From sequence record ON287376.1: a DNA stretch of 64,000 nt. One strand, 5' to 3'. Below the pieces are notes generated by a model. It was not told the DNA's origin, made no database searches, and worked only from the letters and a program-made list of their open reading frames with translations. Both the position numbers and the translations under genes were made by a program. Shown piece after piece: positions 44,022-52,778 of this stretch (positions are counted from its first letter, which is position 1; the number at the start of each line of letters is the position of its first letter).

Positions 44022-44698
44022 AAACCGTAGAGAAGAAGATTCGATCAGAGCTTCAAATTGCAAACTACGAGCGTTACTTCGGTGACCATTCCGTAGAACA
44101 CGCACGTAAGGTCGCAGAGCTGGCTACTCAGTTGGCCGAATTCCGCTGGACTGGTCATTGCCCGGAACGCGTAGTTTCTCAATATCGTTCATCTGATTAT
44201 TGGGAGCGTCTGCTGGATATCAACTACAAAACGTATTGTCGTCTGGTTTCCAGTGACCATTACAAATTCATCATGGACTATCTGTTCAAGATGGAGAACG
44301 CAGCCGGGAACTATCGTGAAGCTACCAAAACGGCGATCAAAGTCTTCTACGTCATCTCCGGATATTCTCAGTTCGAAGACCTGACGGATGTCGAAAAAGC
44401 ATCGATTCCGTTCATTGTCAATATGGACATCTGGCGCCGTAATATCATTGCGAGCGATTTCAGTTTCTCCGCTGAATCGGCCGAGTTCCTGGAAACATTT
44501 GTAGATCCCATCTACGTCGGCATGGATACGTTCCAGTTCGATGAAGACAACGACGATGAGTCGTGGGGTATCGCCAAGGTAACTACCGCTAAAGAGCTAC
44601 TGAGCCTGATGGTTGCAGTTAGCCGTTTCATCCTCAAACAGGATGAGGCGGAAGCGCAGGAACTCAACGGTCACGGGTTCCCTGATCGCATTGGTTGA
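44018..44698 (+). CDS. Hypothetical protein (226 aa)
   Basis: GGAG SD, coupled start, terminator follows. Confidence 0.75.
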   Translation: MKTVEKKIRSELQIANYERYFGDHSVEHARKVAELATQLAEFRWTGHCPERVVSQYRSSDYWERLLDINYKTYCRLVSSDHYKFIMDYLFKMENAAGNYREATKTAIKVFYVISGYSQFEDLTDVEKASIPFIVNMDIWRRNIIASDFSFSAESAEFLETFVDPIYVGMDTFQFDEDNDDESWGIAKVTTAKELLSLMVAVSRFILKQDEAEAQELNGHGFPDRIG

Positions 44699-44706
44699 TT
44701 AAAACG

Positions 44707-44712
44707 TCATAG
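44707..44712 (-). promoter_or_regulatory. Antisense CTATGA after the 226-aa gene
   Basis: TCATAG abutting the stem. Confidence 0.45.
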
Positions 44713-44735
44713 CCCAGGGGAATAACTCCCCTGGG
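44713..44735 (+). terminator. Terminator
   Basis: CCCAGGGGA..TCCCCTGGG. Confidence 0.8.
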
Positions 44736-44765
44736 AATTATTCACTTTGTTTAGTAAGGGACAAC

Positions 44766-45245
44766 ATGAACAGCAAGCTTTTGAATCCTGTAAAATCTGG
44801 GTTATTAATCCTGATCTCCGCATTGGTCGTCAACTTCTTTAGTGAGGGAGACTCATTCTACAACTTCCTTAAAATAATCGCCCTTTATACAGTTCTGGAA
44901 ATTGCCAGTCTGTATATCGGCGGCGCTATAAATAATAAAACCTTAGGTAACCCTAAGAAAGTTTACAGCAACAGTAAATATTACGTAGAGGCTAATAAAA
45001 GTCTCAACCATTTCTTCCTGGTAGACAAAACGCCGTACAGCAACATTAACCGGACTATCATCGAAGTCTCTGAGGCGACTGAAGAAAGGCTCAATGATAA
45101 ATCGCCGTTAATCAAAGCGTTCGTCATTACAATCCTGGAATCCCAAAACTGGTCAATGAAGGATATCCTCGAAGCCGAGTTATTCATCGAGCAGTATCCT
45201 GAAGAAATGAAATCAGCTCGTGACTTTGTAGAAATCATCGGCTAA
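44766..45245 (+). CDS. Two-TM membrane protein (159 aa)
   Basis: AAGGG SD; two N-terminal hydrophobic segments. Confidence 0.7.
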   Translation: MNSKLLNPVKSGLLILISALVVNFFSEGDSFYNFLKIIALYTVLEIASLYIGGAINNKTLGNPKKVYSNSKYYVEANKSLNHFFLVDKTPYSNINRTIIEVSEATEERLNDKSPLIKAFVITILESQNWSMKDILEAELFIEQYPEEMKSARDFVEIIG

Positions 45246-45263
45246 TTAAAAAGGAAAAGAAAA

Positions 45264-45788
45264 ATGATCGTAAGCATGATTTTAGCACTGGACAAAAACA
45301 TGTTGGTTGGTAAGGATGATACTTTACCGTGGAACGAACCTATCGACATGCAGTGGTTTAAACGCAAGACTCGGCACAAAGCCATTCTCATGGGCTACCG
45401 TACCTACATGGGTATTGGTAAACCTTTACCTGGTCGTTTGAATCTGGTGATGGCCAGCAGCGAACCAGAAGTCCCTGGTGCCACGGTAGTACCTGACCTG
45501 TACGATGCTACTCAGGCCGCTAAGAAACACCACTACAACGAGCTGGTGATCTGTGGAGGCCCTAGTTTATACAACCGTTACATTCTCTCGGTAGATAAGA
45601 TCTATCTGACCGTATTAGAGAATGAGTACGAAGGTAATGTCTACCTGAAGAACGATGTCATCGCAGAACTCATGCGCGTTCAGTCTAAAGAGACACTGAC
45701 TGAGTCGGGTTTTGTTTTGGAGGATATCCGCACCGTTGAGGGTGTTGGTCAATTCAAAATCTTTACACGTGTCCGTCGTCCGCTTTAA
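45264..45788 (+). CDS. folA: Dihydrofolate reductase
   Basis: VGKDDTLPW..DMQWFK, ILMG.RT..IGKPLPGRLNLV, VICGGPSLY, IYLTV motifs. Confidence 0.93.
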   Translation: MIVSMILALDKNMLVGKDDTLPWNEPIDMQWFKRKTRHKAILMGYRTYMGIGKPLPGRLNLVMASSEPEVPGATVVPDLYDATQAAKKHHYNELVICGGPSLYNRYILSVDKIYLTVLENEYEGNVYLKNDVIAELMRVQSKETLTESGFVLEDIRTVEGVGQFKIFTRVRRPL

Positions 45789-45807
45789 ATAATCCCTGGA
45801 GAAAAGA

Positions 45808-46140
45808 ATGAAGGCAACAACCCGTACCTACGACCGGGATACGATCGAATATATCGATGCCCTGTTGTTCGAAGGTAAGAAAGGTACCCTGGTGCAACGC
45901 GACGGTAAGATGTACTTCTACTGCGACGACATGCGCTTGGACTGCGGTGAGGTAGAAAGGACTAAACCCGTTGCTAACGACTCAACGGAAAACCTACTCT
46001 TTACCACGGCACCGAATGAAGAGTATGGTAAGGAGTTCAAGGAAAATGGTGACTTCATCATTCTTCGTGAGAACACCCATTACGGTCTGGTATTCCGTGG
46101 CAAGAAAATTCGCCCACTTAAATTTGCGGAGATGGCATGA
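45808..46140 (+). CDS. Hypothetical protein (110 aa)
   Basis: GGAG SD. Confidence 0.7.
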   Translation: MKATTRTYDRDTIEYIDALLFEGKKGTLVQRDGKMYFYCDDMRLDCGEVERTKPVANDSTENLLFTTAPNEEYGKEFKENGDFIILRENTHYGLVFRGKKIRPLKFAEMA

Positions 46141-47102
46141 TTAATTTCTTTAAGAAGTGGTTCGCTAAGAGCGAAGAAGCTCCAAAAGACACTACTTCTG
46201 AATCTAAGGTGTCAGCTGACGAAATCGTCAGTGTTGTTAAGATGATAACTATTGTTGAAGACACCAATAAGGTTATCGACTATTGCGCAGATAAATTACT
46301 CTACGTCATCACATCGAGTGACGAATTCTTCACTCGTACTTTGTCGGCAAATATTCTCCGTCTGCACAATGGGGTGATCAATATTGCCTACCGGAATACC
46401 CCAGTTGATTTACACGGCTATAACGGTGCAAGGGAATGGCTGAATAATAACGGTCATGAGGTTAAGAGTATAGACCAAGTCTTTAGGGACAAAGTTGACC
46501 AACTTATGGCTGAGCGCGGTTATTACCCAACCCATGCTAAGCAGATATTCTCCCTTAACGTAAGTAGCTTGAATAACCCATACGCTACTGATTCTTTTGA
46601 CCATCTCTGTATTGGGATGGAACGTAGCTACGTCAAGGATTCGGTCGACTTGACGCTAAAGGGATTCGACGACTACGCGCGCGACTTCGATGCAGCTAAG
46701 TCGTGGTTAGCTAAAAGCCATTTCGCTGATCGGTTTGCGCCAGTCTTAGAGCACTTACTGAAAGTTCAGGAAACCACAGTAAGTTCCCAAGAGCCGGTTA
46801 AAGAAAACCCTCTTGGCCGTGACGGAATGATTACTGTCAGAAAGGACGAGAGATTAGAAGAGTTGGTGCTTAGTACCGGCCTGTCTTTAGGGGCAATCCG
46901 TTGTTCTAAGGATAAGGTTGAAATTCCGTTCCGGCTGGACGAAATGGATCATGAATTTATCTACCGTGTTCATGACCCTCGGGCAGTCGTCACCTTCCTT
47001 TGGGAAGCGCTAGATCCGTTGGTAACTAAGGGTAAGATGACGGTGTCTAATCGCAACTACTACGGTGACGATAGCGCTTACGTTATCACTTTAACAATTT
47101 AA
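46137..47102 (+). CDS. Hypothetical protein (321 aa)
   Basis: ATGA coupling; terminator follows. Confidence 0.75.
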   Translation: MINFFKKWFAKSEEAPKDTTSESKVSADEIVSVVKMITIVEDTNKVIDYCADKLLYVITSSDEFFTRTLSANILRLHNGVINIAYRNTPVDLHGYNGAREWLNNNGHEVKSIDQVFRDKVDQLMAERGYYPTHAKQIFSLNVSSLNNPYATDSFDHLCIGMERSYVKDSVDLTLKGFDDYARDFDAAKSWLAKSHFADRFAPVLEHLLKVQETTVSSQEPVKENPLGRDGMITVRKDERLEELVLSTGLSLGAIRCSKDKVEIPFRLDEMDHEFIYRVHDPRAVVTFLWEALDPLVTKGKMTVSNRNYYGDDSAYVITLTI

Positions 47103-47109
47103 TTTAACG

Positions 47110-47135
47110 CCTTCCTCTATTCAGATAGAGGAAGG
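47110..47135 (+). terminator. Terminator
   Basis: CCTTCCTCTAT-TCAG-ATAGAGGAAGG. Confidence 0.75.
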
Positions 47136-47160
47136 TTCTATTCTGCCCTAGGAGATAACC

Positions 47161-47619
47161 ATGCTTGCAACGTTAGTAGATATCATCCGTACTTACGAAA
47201 AAGAAGTGAAACGTTACATTACCCTGCACTTCTCTGCTAACCCGAACGATTTGGCGTTTGGTTTTGGTAAACTGTATCCGGGTAAAGGTCACTTCGTCTC
47301 TCTGGCACGAGAGAACCCTAACACGATCATTGTCGATGGTCAGTTCCGTTGTGTCTGGATCGACAACGACGTCGACTTCGAAACACTCTTCCATGAGATT
47401 CGGGCTACAGAATTGCCTGTCCACGTATTCGGTTCCGGTAGTGTAAGGATGCCTGAGGATTTAGGTCCTGAGCGCATGAACTACGGGTTCCCTGTAAAAA
47501 TGGTATTCGTTGCACATGTGGCAATTGAGTACCTCCGTGGCCACGGGGTAATTGAGGTAGTCTTGGTGCGAGACATCCGTCAGCCTTCTCGCGTCTCTCA
47601 AACTTTCGAGATTGAATAA
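47161..47619 (+). CDS. Hypothetical protein (152 aa)
   Basis: AGGAG SD. Confidence 0.7.
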   Translation: MLATLVDIIRTYEKEVKRYITLHFSANPNDLAFGFGKLYPGKGHFVSLARENPNTIIVDGQFRCVWIDNDVDFETLFHEIRATELPVHVFGSGSVRMPEDLGPERMNYGFPVKMVFVAHVAIEYLRGHGVIEVVLVRDIRQPSRVSQTFEIE

Positions 47620-48005
47620 TGAGCGACAAAATCGTTCGGGTCTATTCTGGGTCACTTACCCCGGCCCTCAGCGCAGTCCTGTTGGAATATAACACCAACC
47701 AAAGCGCTATCCTTCAAGCAGCTAATAAACCTGGTGAGTTCATCTTGGGGAAAAGCGGTTTCCATTTCCTCATGGTAGACGATACCGTTGGAACGGAACG
47801 AATGAAGTTTCTTTCCGATCGAAATAACTACCCAGATGCCACCGTTGTCATTAGTTGTATTTCTACGAAATTCAGCGACCTGGTCGCACTAGGTTACATT
47901 AGTTCATCCCACATGACTATAGATGTTATTGATGGTGAACTCTGGGCTACTGTTAACCGTAGTAAGTATTTATCATTGGGGACTACGATACGCATATGTT
48001 ACTGA
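47619..48005 (+). CDS. Hypothetical protein (128 aa)
   Basis: TAATG coupling. Confidence 0.65.
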   Translation: MSDKIVRVYSGSLTPALSAVLLEYNTNQSAILQAANKPGEFILGKSGFHFLMVDDTVGTERMKFLSDRNNYPDATVVISCISTKFSDLVALGYISSSHMTIDVIDGELWATVNRSKYLSLGTTIRICY

Positions 48006-48103
48006 TCGACGAACCTGAAGACCGTGGAGCATTTCAGCAGGAAGACCCCTCTGACTTCACCGGCAACCAACCCGTAAACTCTTAATCGAAAGGTAGATAA
48101 TAA

Positions 48104-49762
48104 ATGGAACAGATTCAAAACGCAGGTACTGAACACGAAGCTGGTAAATCTCAATTCGACTTCGACCTGTTGGTTGAAGTAGTAAAAGAAAACATCAAAC
48201 TCAACAGTAGCGCACCTAACCTCCGTTTCGGCGAAAGCTCGTTCTTCCCACTCTTCCGCGTCAACGTGGCGCACGCTAACTCGAGCAAATCTCTGTACGA
48301 CATTTACCTGGACTCCTTCGGTGAACAGGATCGCAAAGAGCTGACCTGCCGGACCTGTAAGCGTTGGTTGGAAGCTAACGGCAATCTCGTTACCATCGGT
48401 GCCGGCGGAGAAGTTTCATCTGTCGCTTTTAATACCGAGACTGGTAAGTTGGCCGAACTGCCAGTGGAAGTCTCTAACCTGCTTCTGAAGCTCCAGAGTG
48501 CAGTTGAGCGTTCTCCGGTTAATGGTTACCGTACACTTAGCCGCGGTAGCGATACTGCAGTACCTAACGATGGTCGGTGGCTGCACTTCCACGGTACCCT
48601 GGGTTCTATTCCTCTGAACCCGGTCAAAGTTAACTACGCAGGTGAAGAGAATGCGGCGGCTGAGAAAGTATTGGTAATGCGCAATGCGCTGAACCGTTGG
48701 TCTCTGGATATTCTGTCTCATGCAAAAGCGCTGGCTACCTACGGTGCTCTGCGCAATCACCGCCATCGTAACCGCATCAAGCAGTACGTCGATAACGCTA
48801 AGCTGTACCATGCGATTAAAGACAACCGTAAGCGTGATGCACTGGTTTGGCTGTGGGCTAATACCCTGACTCCAGATCAGACTAACGTAGTCGGTACATC
48901 CCTGGGCATGTTGTTCGACGCCCTGGTGGAAGGCGGTGAGGATCTGGCACTGACTCGTTATATCCGTGAAACTGACGGTGTTAACTATCAGCGGCCGACT
49001 GAAGAGCCTACAGTACGTGAGCTCGATGAAGCACAAGAGCTGGTGTCTAAGAACGGTTGGGATCGTTCGTTCCACCGTACCGCTGCTAAGCTGGAAGACA
49101 TCCAGTACCTGTTCTGGGTACCGGGTGAAACTAAGCAGGAAGAAGGTCGCCAGGGTGTATTCAGCCAGGTGAAAACCAAGGATGCGCAACCTGAGAAGGC
49201 GGCAGTTGAAGGTGGCCGTATCTCGATTCTGGACTTCATGTCTAAAGTCGTACCTAACGCTACTTCTATCCAGTTCAAGTTCAATCCTCGCGGCGTGTTT
49301 AACTTCCTGTTCTACACGAAAGCCGAATTCGCCGATGCACCTCCTATCCTGAAGTGGGATCGCGAAGACCGCCGTAATACCGTTTCCGGTTACCAGTATA
49401 GCCAGTCAATCTATCCTGAGTATGCCGGTATCGATTCTCCACGTGTCGACGTCATTGGGATTACGGTTCCGCCTGAAACCTGGGCTAACCCAGAGATGGA
49501 ATACGGTACACTGAAGGAACCAGTGTTCTTGCTTAAAGGTGCGTACGATATCCGTAACAGCCAGAGCGCTTTGTTCCCTGAGAACATGCGCCATGAGCTG
49601 CACGGTTCCCGTCGCGTTATTGAAGCGTTCTCTTCCAGCACACCGCTGGCTGATAAAGTCGGCGTAACAGGTATTACTCCGATCAACTTCTCGCAACTGA
49701 CCGCGGAAGTCGTTACTAAAGACGGCGAGAAAGTGAACTACTCGTTTATCGGTAATCACTAA
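48104..49762 (+). CDS. Conserved large-phage hypothetical protein (552 aa; LYDIYLDSF..TCRTCKRW)
   Basis: AAGGT SD, strongly adapted codon usage, CxxC motif. Confidence 0.85.
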   Translation: MEQIQNAGTEHEAGKSQFDFDLLVEVVKENIKLNSSAPNLRFGESSFFPLFRVNVAHANSSKSLYDIYLDSFGEQDRKELTCRTCKRWLEANGNLVTIGAGGEVSSVAFNTETGKLAELPVEVSNLLLKLQSAVERSPVNGYRTLSRGSDTAVPNDGRWLHFHGTLGSIPLNPVKVNYAGEENAAAEKVLVMRNALNRWSLDILSHAKALATYGALRNHRHRNRIKQYVDNAKLYHAIKDNRKRDALVWLWANTLTPDQTNVVGTSLGMLFDALVEGGEDLALTRYIRETDGVNYQRPTEEPTVRELDEAQELVSKNGWDRSFHRTAAKLEDIQYLFWVPGETKQEEGRQGVFSQVKTKDAQPEKAAVEGGRISILDFMSKVVPNATSIQFKFNPRGVFNFLFYTKAEFADAPPILKWDREDRRNTVSGYQYSQSIYPEYAGIDSPRVDVIGITVPPETWANPEMEYGTLKEPVFLLKGAYDIRNSQSALFPENMRHELHGSRRVIEAFSSSTPLADKVGVTGITPINFSQLTAEVVTKDGEKVNYSFIGNH

Positions 49763-49769
49763 TCGTTGT

Positions 49770-49774
49770 TCATA
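49770..49774 (-). promoter_or_regulatory. Antisense TATGA after the 552-aa gene
   Basis: TCATA 2 nt before the stem. Confidence 0.45.
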
Positions 49775-49776
49775 TC

Positions 49777-49795
49777 GGCGGGGATTTTCCCCGCC
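49777..49795 (+). terminator. Terminator
   Basis: GGCGGGGA-TTT-TCCCCGCC plus T-tract. Confidence 0.85.
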
Positions 49796-49830
49796 TTTAT
49801 TTTTTGTTTGAATCTAAACTTTTTTGAAGC

Positions 49831-49848
49831 CTATATTACTTTATTGAG
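49831..49848 (+). promoter_or_regulatory. Putative early promoter
   Basis: CTATATTAC-TTTATT-GAG. Confidence 0.7.
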
Positions 49849-49879
49849 GATAGAATTCCAATTTAGCGGAGAAACTTTT

Positions 49880-50434
49880 ATGGAGTATCAAGTATATCGA
49901 GGCTTAGTTCGTAAAGCACCTATCACTGAATCAGTTCATCCATCCATAACCTTTGCTGGTAATAAAGCAACGGCTGAGTATTACGCCCACAATCCAAACA
50001 ACGCTGACCTGAAGGGTAATTTCCCTACGGTCTACTCGGCGACGATTGAGATCAATAACCCTTTCATTGTCGATAAGGATTACTCTGGCATCGAGTTCAA
50101 ACAACTCCTTCGTGTTATGAGTAAGGTCGAGGTTTATAAGCTGATCTTAGAACACGAAGAATATGTCAAGGGGACTTACCTTTATCAGGAGTTCGTAAGG
50201 GAAGGTGCGTTGAGTAGTAACTACGTTCTGGAGTGTATCGGGAGAAGCCCGTCTCTTCTGGAAGTGGCTTTACCTGCGTATGTGTTCCTGGATAATCCCG
50301 ATATCATTTCGAGACTTATTCGTTCAGGTTTTGACGGATCGATTCATCGCGGTACGGGTGTCTCTATGGATGACGTAGAATATCGGATCTGGCTGAGTCA
50401 CTCCCAGATAAAGAAACATTGTTCCTGTAATTAG
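49880..50434 (+). CDS. ADP-ribosyltransferase-like (ART-PolyVal-type) protein (184 aa)
   Basis: VYRG..ITF..A..YA..VY.A.I...NP..GFDGSI..EYRIW...QIK; GGAG SD; directly after an early-promoter motif. Confidence 0.55.
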   Translation: MEYQVYRGLVRKAPITESVHPSITFAGNKATAEYYAHNPNNADLKGNFPTVYSATIEINNPFIVDKDYSGIEFKQLLRVMSKVEVYKLILEHEEYVKGTYLYQEFVREGALSSNYVLECIGRSPSLLEVALPAYVFLDNPDIISRLIRSGFDGSIHRGTGVSMDDVEYRIWLSHSQIKKHCSCN

Positions 50435-50442
50435 GAGGGGTT

Positions 50443-50832
50443 ATGAAACCTATTGAACCTGGCTGTATGGCGGTTATAATTTCCCAGACTAAAGAAGAAG
50501 ATCGTAACGAAGTCGGTAAAGTAGTAAGAGTAGTTGGGCTTGTTCCCGATGGGGAAAGTCTCTATTCTTTGGAAGGAGTGACTACGTGTACTGGGGAGTC
50601 GATTAAATCAACTGGGGCATTCATACCGGATGTTAGAAGTTGGGTAGTTCTTGGTGACATCGTGGTCGCTAAACTTACCACGGATAAGTACGGTACCATC
50701 TATGCTAAAGGTGAAATCACAATCGGTGGCTTTACCGGTAACGGGATGGTTGCCGAACATCGTTTAATGCGTATCGATGGTTTTGAGGACGAAGACAAAG
50801 CCAAAGAAAAAGATTTACTGCTTACGGAGTAG
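50443..50832 (+). CDS. Hypothetical protein (129 aa)
   Basis: AGGAGG SD. Confidence 0.7.
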   Translation: MKPIEPGCMAVIISQTKEEDRNEVGKVVRVVGLVPDGESLYSLEGVTTCTGESIKSTGAFIPDVRSWVVLGDIVVAKLTTDKYGTIYAKGEITIGGFTGNGMVAEHRLMRIDGFEDEDKAKEKDLLLTE

Positions 50833-50838
50833 AAAAAC

Positions 50839-51279
50839 ATGTACCTCCCAATTACTTTTGACCTGCTGCGCGAGAAATCAACGGGAACGATCGTTGAAGT
50901 AACTTCTTCTGATGCGGAACAGTCTACCATCAGTTTTGTTCCAGTGATCGATAAAGAAGGTAATGTCATTACATCCGGCATTACCGATATCCTCTCTCTG
51001 GAAGAGATGGTTAAGCAGTTCGAACTACTGGAGAACCTATCTTACTTCAACGTGCGTGAAGAAGGTCAGATGGACTTTGGTAGCATGGTAGTCGTTAAGG
51101 ATAACGATGAAGTTAACAAGCTGATGCTTGCCTACTACGAATACATGGATCAACCGATGATGCTCCAGTATCTCGAGATCGATGTAGAGTGGCCGGCATT
51201 GGCTGTAGTAATGAACCAGGCTCTCTTTGTAGAGTCGGTAAACAAAGTCAGTAAACTCATTCAAACTGTTAAAGGTTAA
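50839..51279 (+). CDS. Hypothetical protein (146 aa)
   Basis: GGAG SD. Confidence 0.7.
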   Translation: MYLPITFDLLREKSTGTIVEVTSSDAEQSTISFVPVIDKEGNVITSGITDILSLEEMVKQFELLENLSYFNVREEGQMDFGSMVVVKDNDEVNKLMLAYYEYMDQPMMLQYLEIDVEWPALAVVMNQALFVESVNKVSKLIQTVKG

Positions 51280-51289
51280 GGAAAGTCAA

Positions 51290-51745
51290 ATGTCCGATAA
51301 AACTATTGCCCGTCGTGTCTTCATCGCTTCTTCTGATCTGGTTAACAAAATAGGCTATACGGCCTTTAACCAGGTCTTGCTGAACGCCAAACATATTCAG
51401 TGTGCATTCGGGTTACCTTACCCAGACGCAGGCTCTGCTAAGCTGGCAGAACCGTATTCCTACTCTCCGCTGCCAAACAACGGTTACGATACCGTAGAGA
51501 ACCCGGTAGCTTATCTGCACGATTTCCGCCGTACTCCTTCTGGTATCTACGCACTGATCTCCCCGATGGAAGGTTGCACTAACAAAACCTTCCTGAAGGC
51601 GCTGGCAGGTACGCAGCAGACGTTCAAGTTCGTTCCACGCGTCATCCTGAAGAAAGCGAAACTCAAGTCAGTGAACAACTTCCACCTGCAGGCGACCAAC
51701 CGGGACTTCCACGAGATCATCACTTTTGACATGATCTGGAAATAA
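51290..51745 (+). CDS. Hypothetical protein (151 aa)
   Basis: AAGGA SD; terminator follows. Confidence 0.75.
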   Translation: MSDKTIARRVFIASSDLVNKIGYTAFNQVLLNAKHIQCAFGLPYPDAGSAKLAEPYSYSPLPNNGYDTVENPVAYLHDFRRTPSGIYALISPMEGCTNKTFLKALAGTQQTFKFVPRVILKKAKLKSVNNFHLQATNRDFHEIITFDMIWK

Positions 51746-51749
51746 CTAA

Positions 51750-51755
51750 TCATAG
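51750..51755 (-). promoter_or_regulatory. Antisense CTATGA after the 151-aa gene
   Basis: TCATAG just before the stem. Confidence 0.45.
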
Positions 51756-51756
51756 C

Positions 51757-51776
51757 GGGTAGGGATTTCCCTACCC
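51757..51776 (+). terminator. Terminator
   Basis: GGGTAGGG-ATTT-CCCTACCC. Confidence 0.85.
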
Positions 51777-51810
51777 TTTATACTCCCATTTAATTAAGTA
51801 AGGAAATGTC

Positions 51811-52263
51811 ATGAAAGGTATTAGCGATTATTTGTTATCCATGTTGATTGAAGAAGGTACTGTTACTCGTGCTGAGATTAAGGACTTTATCCGTATCATC
51901 AAAGAGCCTTCTTCTTACGCGACGATTCGCATCGTAGTTCCTAAAGACGCTGGGCTTGCTTTCCTGAAAGATCATATTCAGGCCGATGAGATCAAAGCAT
52001 TGAAGTTCCGTCGGGTTCGCATTGTTGATGCGCAGTGGCGGGTTGGAGAAACGTTAGTCAACTTGGGTGATAATAAGCCGGGGTTCATCTACCGTGAAGA
52101 CTCCCACTCTACGTTCCACTTGGATCAGGTGGTAGGTTATCGCGACCTGGGCCTGCGGTTCTCGTTTAAGGCCGACACCCTTGCGAGTGGTTTTACTCGT
52201 GATGTTTTCTTCCGTCAGCCTGACTGGGTGGAATTGGAATTCGCTGGGGTATTACTGAAATGA
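51811..52263 (+). CDS. Hypothetical protein (150 aa)
   Basis: AAGGA SD. Confidence 0.7.
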   Translation: MKGISDYLLSMLIEEGTVTRAEIKDFIRIIKEPSSYATIRIVVPKDAGLAFLKDHIQADEIKALKFRRVRIVDAQWRVGETLVNLGDNKPGFIYREDSHSTFHLDQVVGYRDLGLRFSFKADTLASGFTRDVFFRQPDWVELEFAGVLLK

Positions 52264-52763
52264 TTACAACGCTCATCACCTACCGTAAGGGCAGTGGGAT
52301 GAATCAGATATGTAAGCAACTGCCGATTAAGCACAATGCAGTTGTGTCTGAATCCACTGTCTCGATTGTCTACGCTAAATGGGCGAGTGGTGTAGAGATG
52401 ACCAACCCTGATGTCGAAGTCAAGATGGAAGGTAAATTACTTTCTTTCTCCATGATCCCTCCTGTTGTCGTTGATGACAATGAAGGGATTGATCTCTTCG
52501 TCAACGATCGTTGGTTAGTTGATCTGAGTAAGATCACTACTGTCGATCAACCGGAGATCATCATCTTCGAGATCGAAACGGGTATTAAGTCGGCCAGTCT
52601 TTATCGCCACCACTCGGGTAAGATCTATCAGGTTATTACTTTAAGTAACATGAAAGTAACCAAACCCGAGTACAAAGAGACGGTAACTTATCGGGATATC
52701 GAAAGCGGCACGATTTACAGTCGTCCTCTTGAAGAATTCACTAAGAGCTTTACAGCTCTCTAA
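52260..52763 (+). CDS. Protein with a C-terminal DUF1653-like domain
   Basis: LYRHHSGKIYQVI..VTYRD..IYSRPLEEF pattern. Confidence 0.65.
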   Translation: MITTLITYRKGSGMNQICKQLPIKHNAVVSESTVSIVYAKWASGVEMTNPDVEVKMEGKLLSFSMIPPVVVDDNEGIDLFVNDRWLVDLSKITTVDQPEIIIFEIETGIKSASLYRHHSGKIYQVITLSNMKVTKPEYKETVTYRDIESGTIYSRPLEEFTKSFTAL

Positions 52764-52778
52764 AAAGGTAACAAGTAA

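Noticed and set aside
47996-48085. 29-aa ORF MLLIDEPEDRGAFQQ.. in the gap before 48104
   Set aside because: Weak SD spacing and no other support
4985-49759. Other long minus-strand ORFs (4985-5767, 18103-19101, 48416-49189, 49406-49759 and others)
   Set aside because: Fully nested opposite strong + genes; V/T/D-rich shadow composition; no SD
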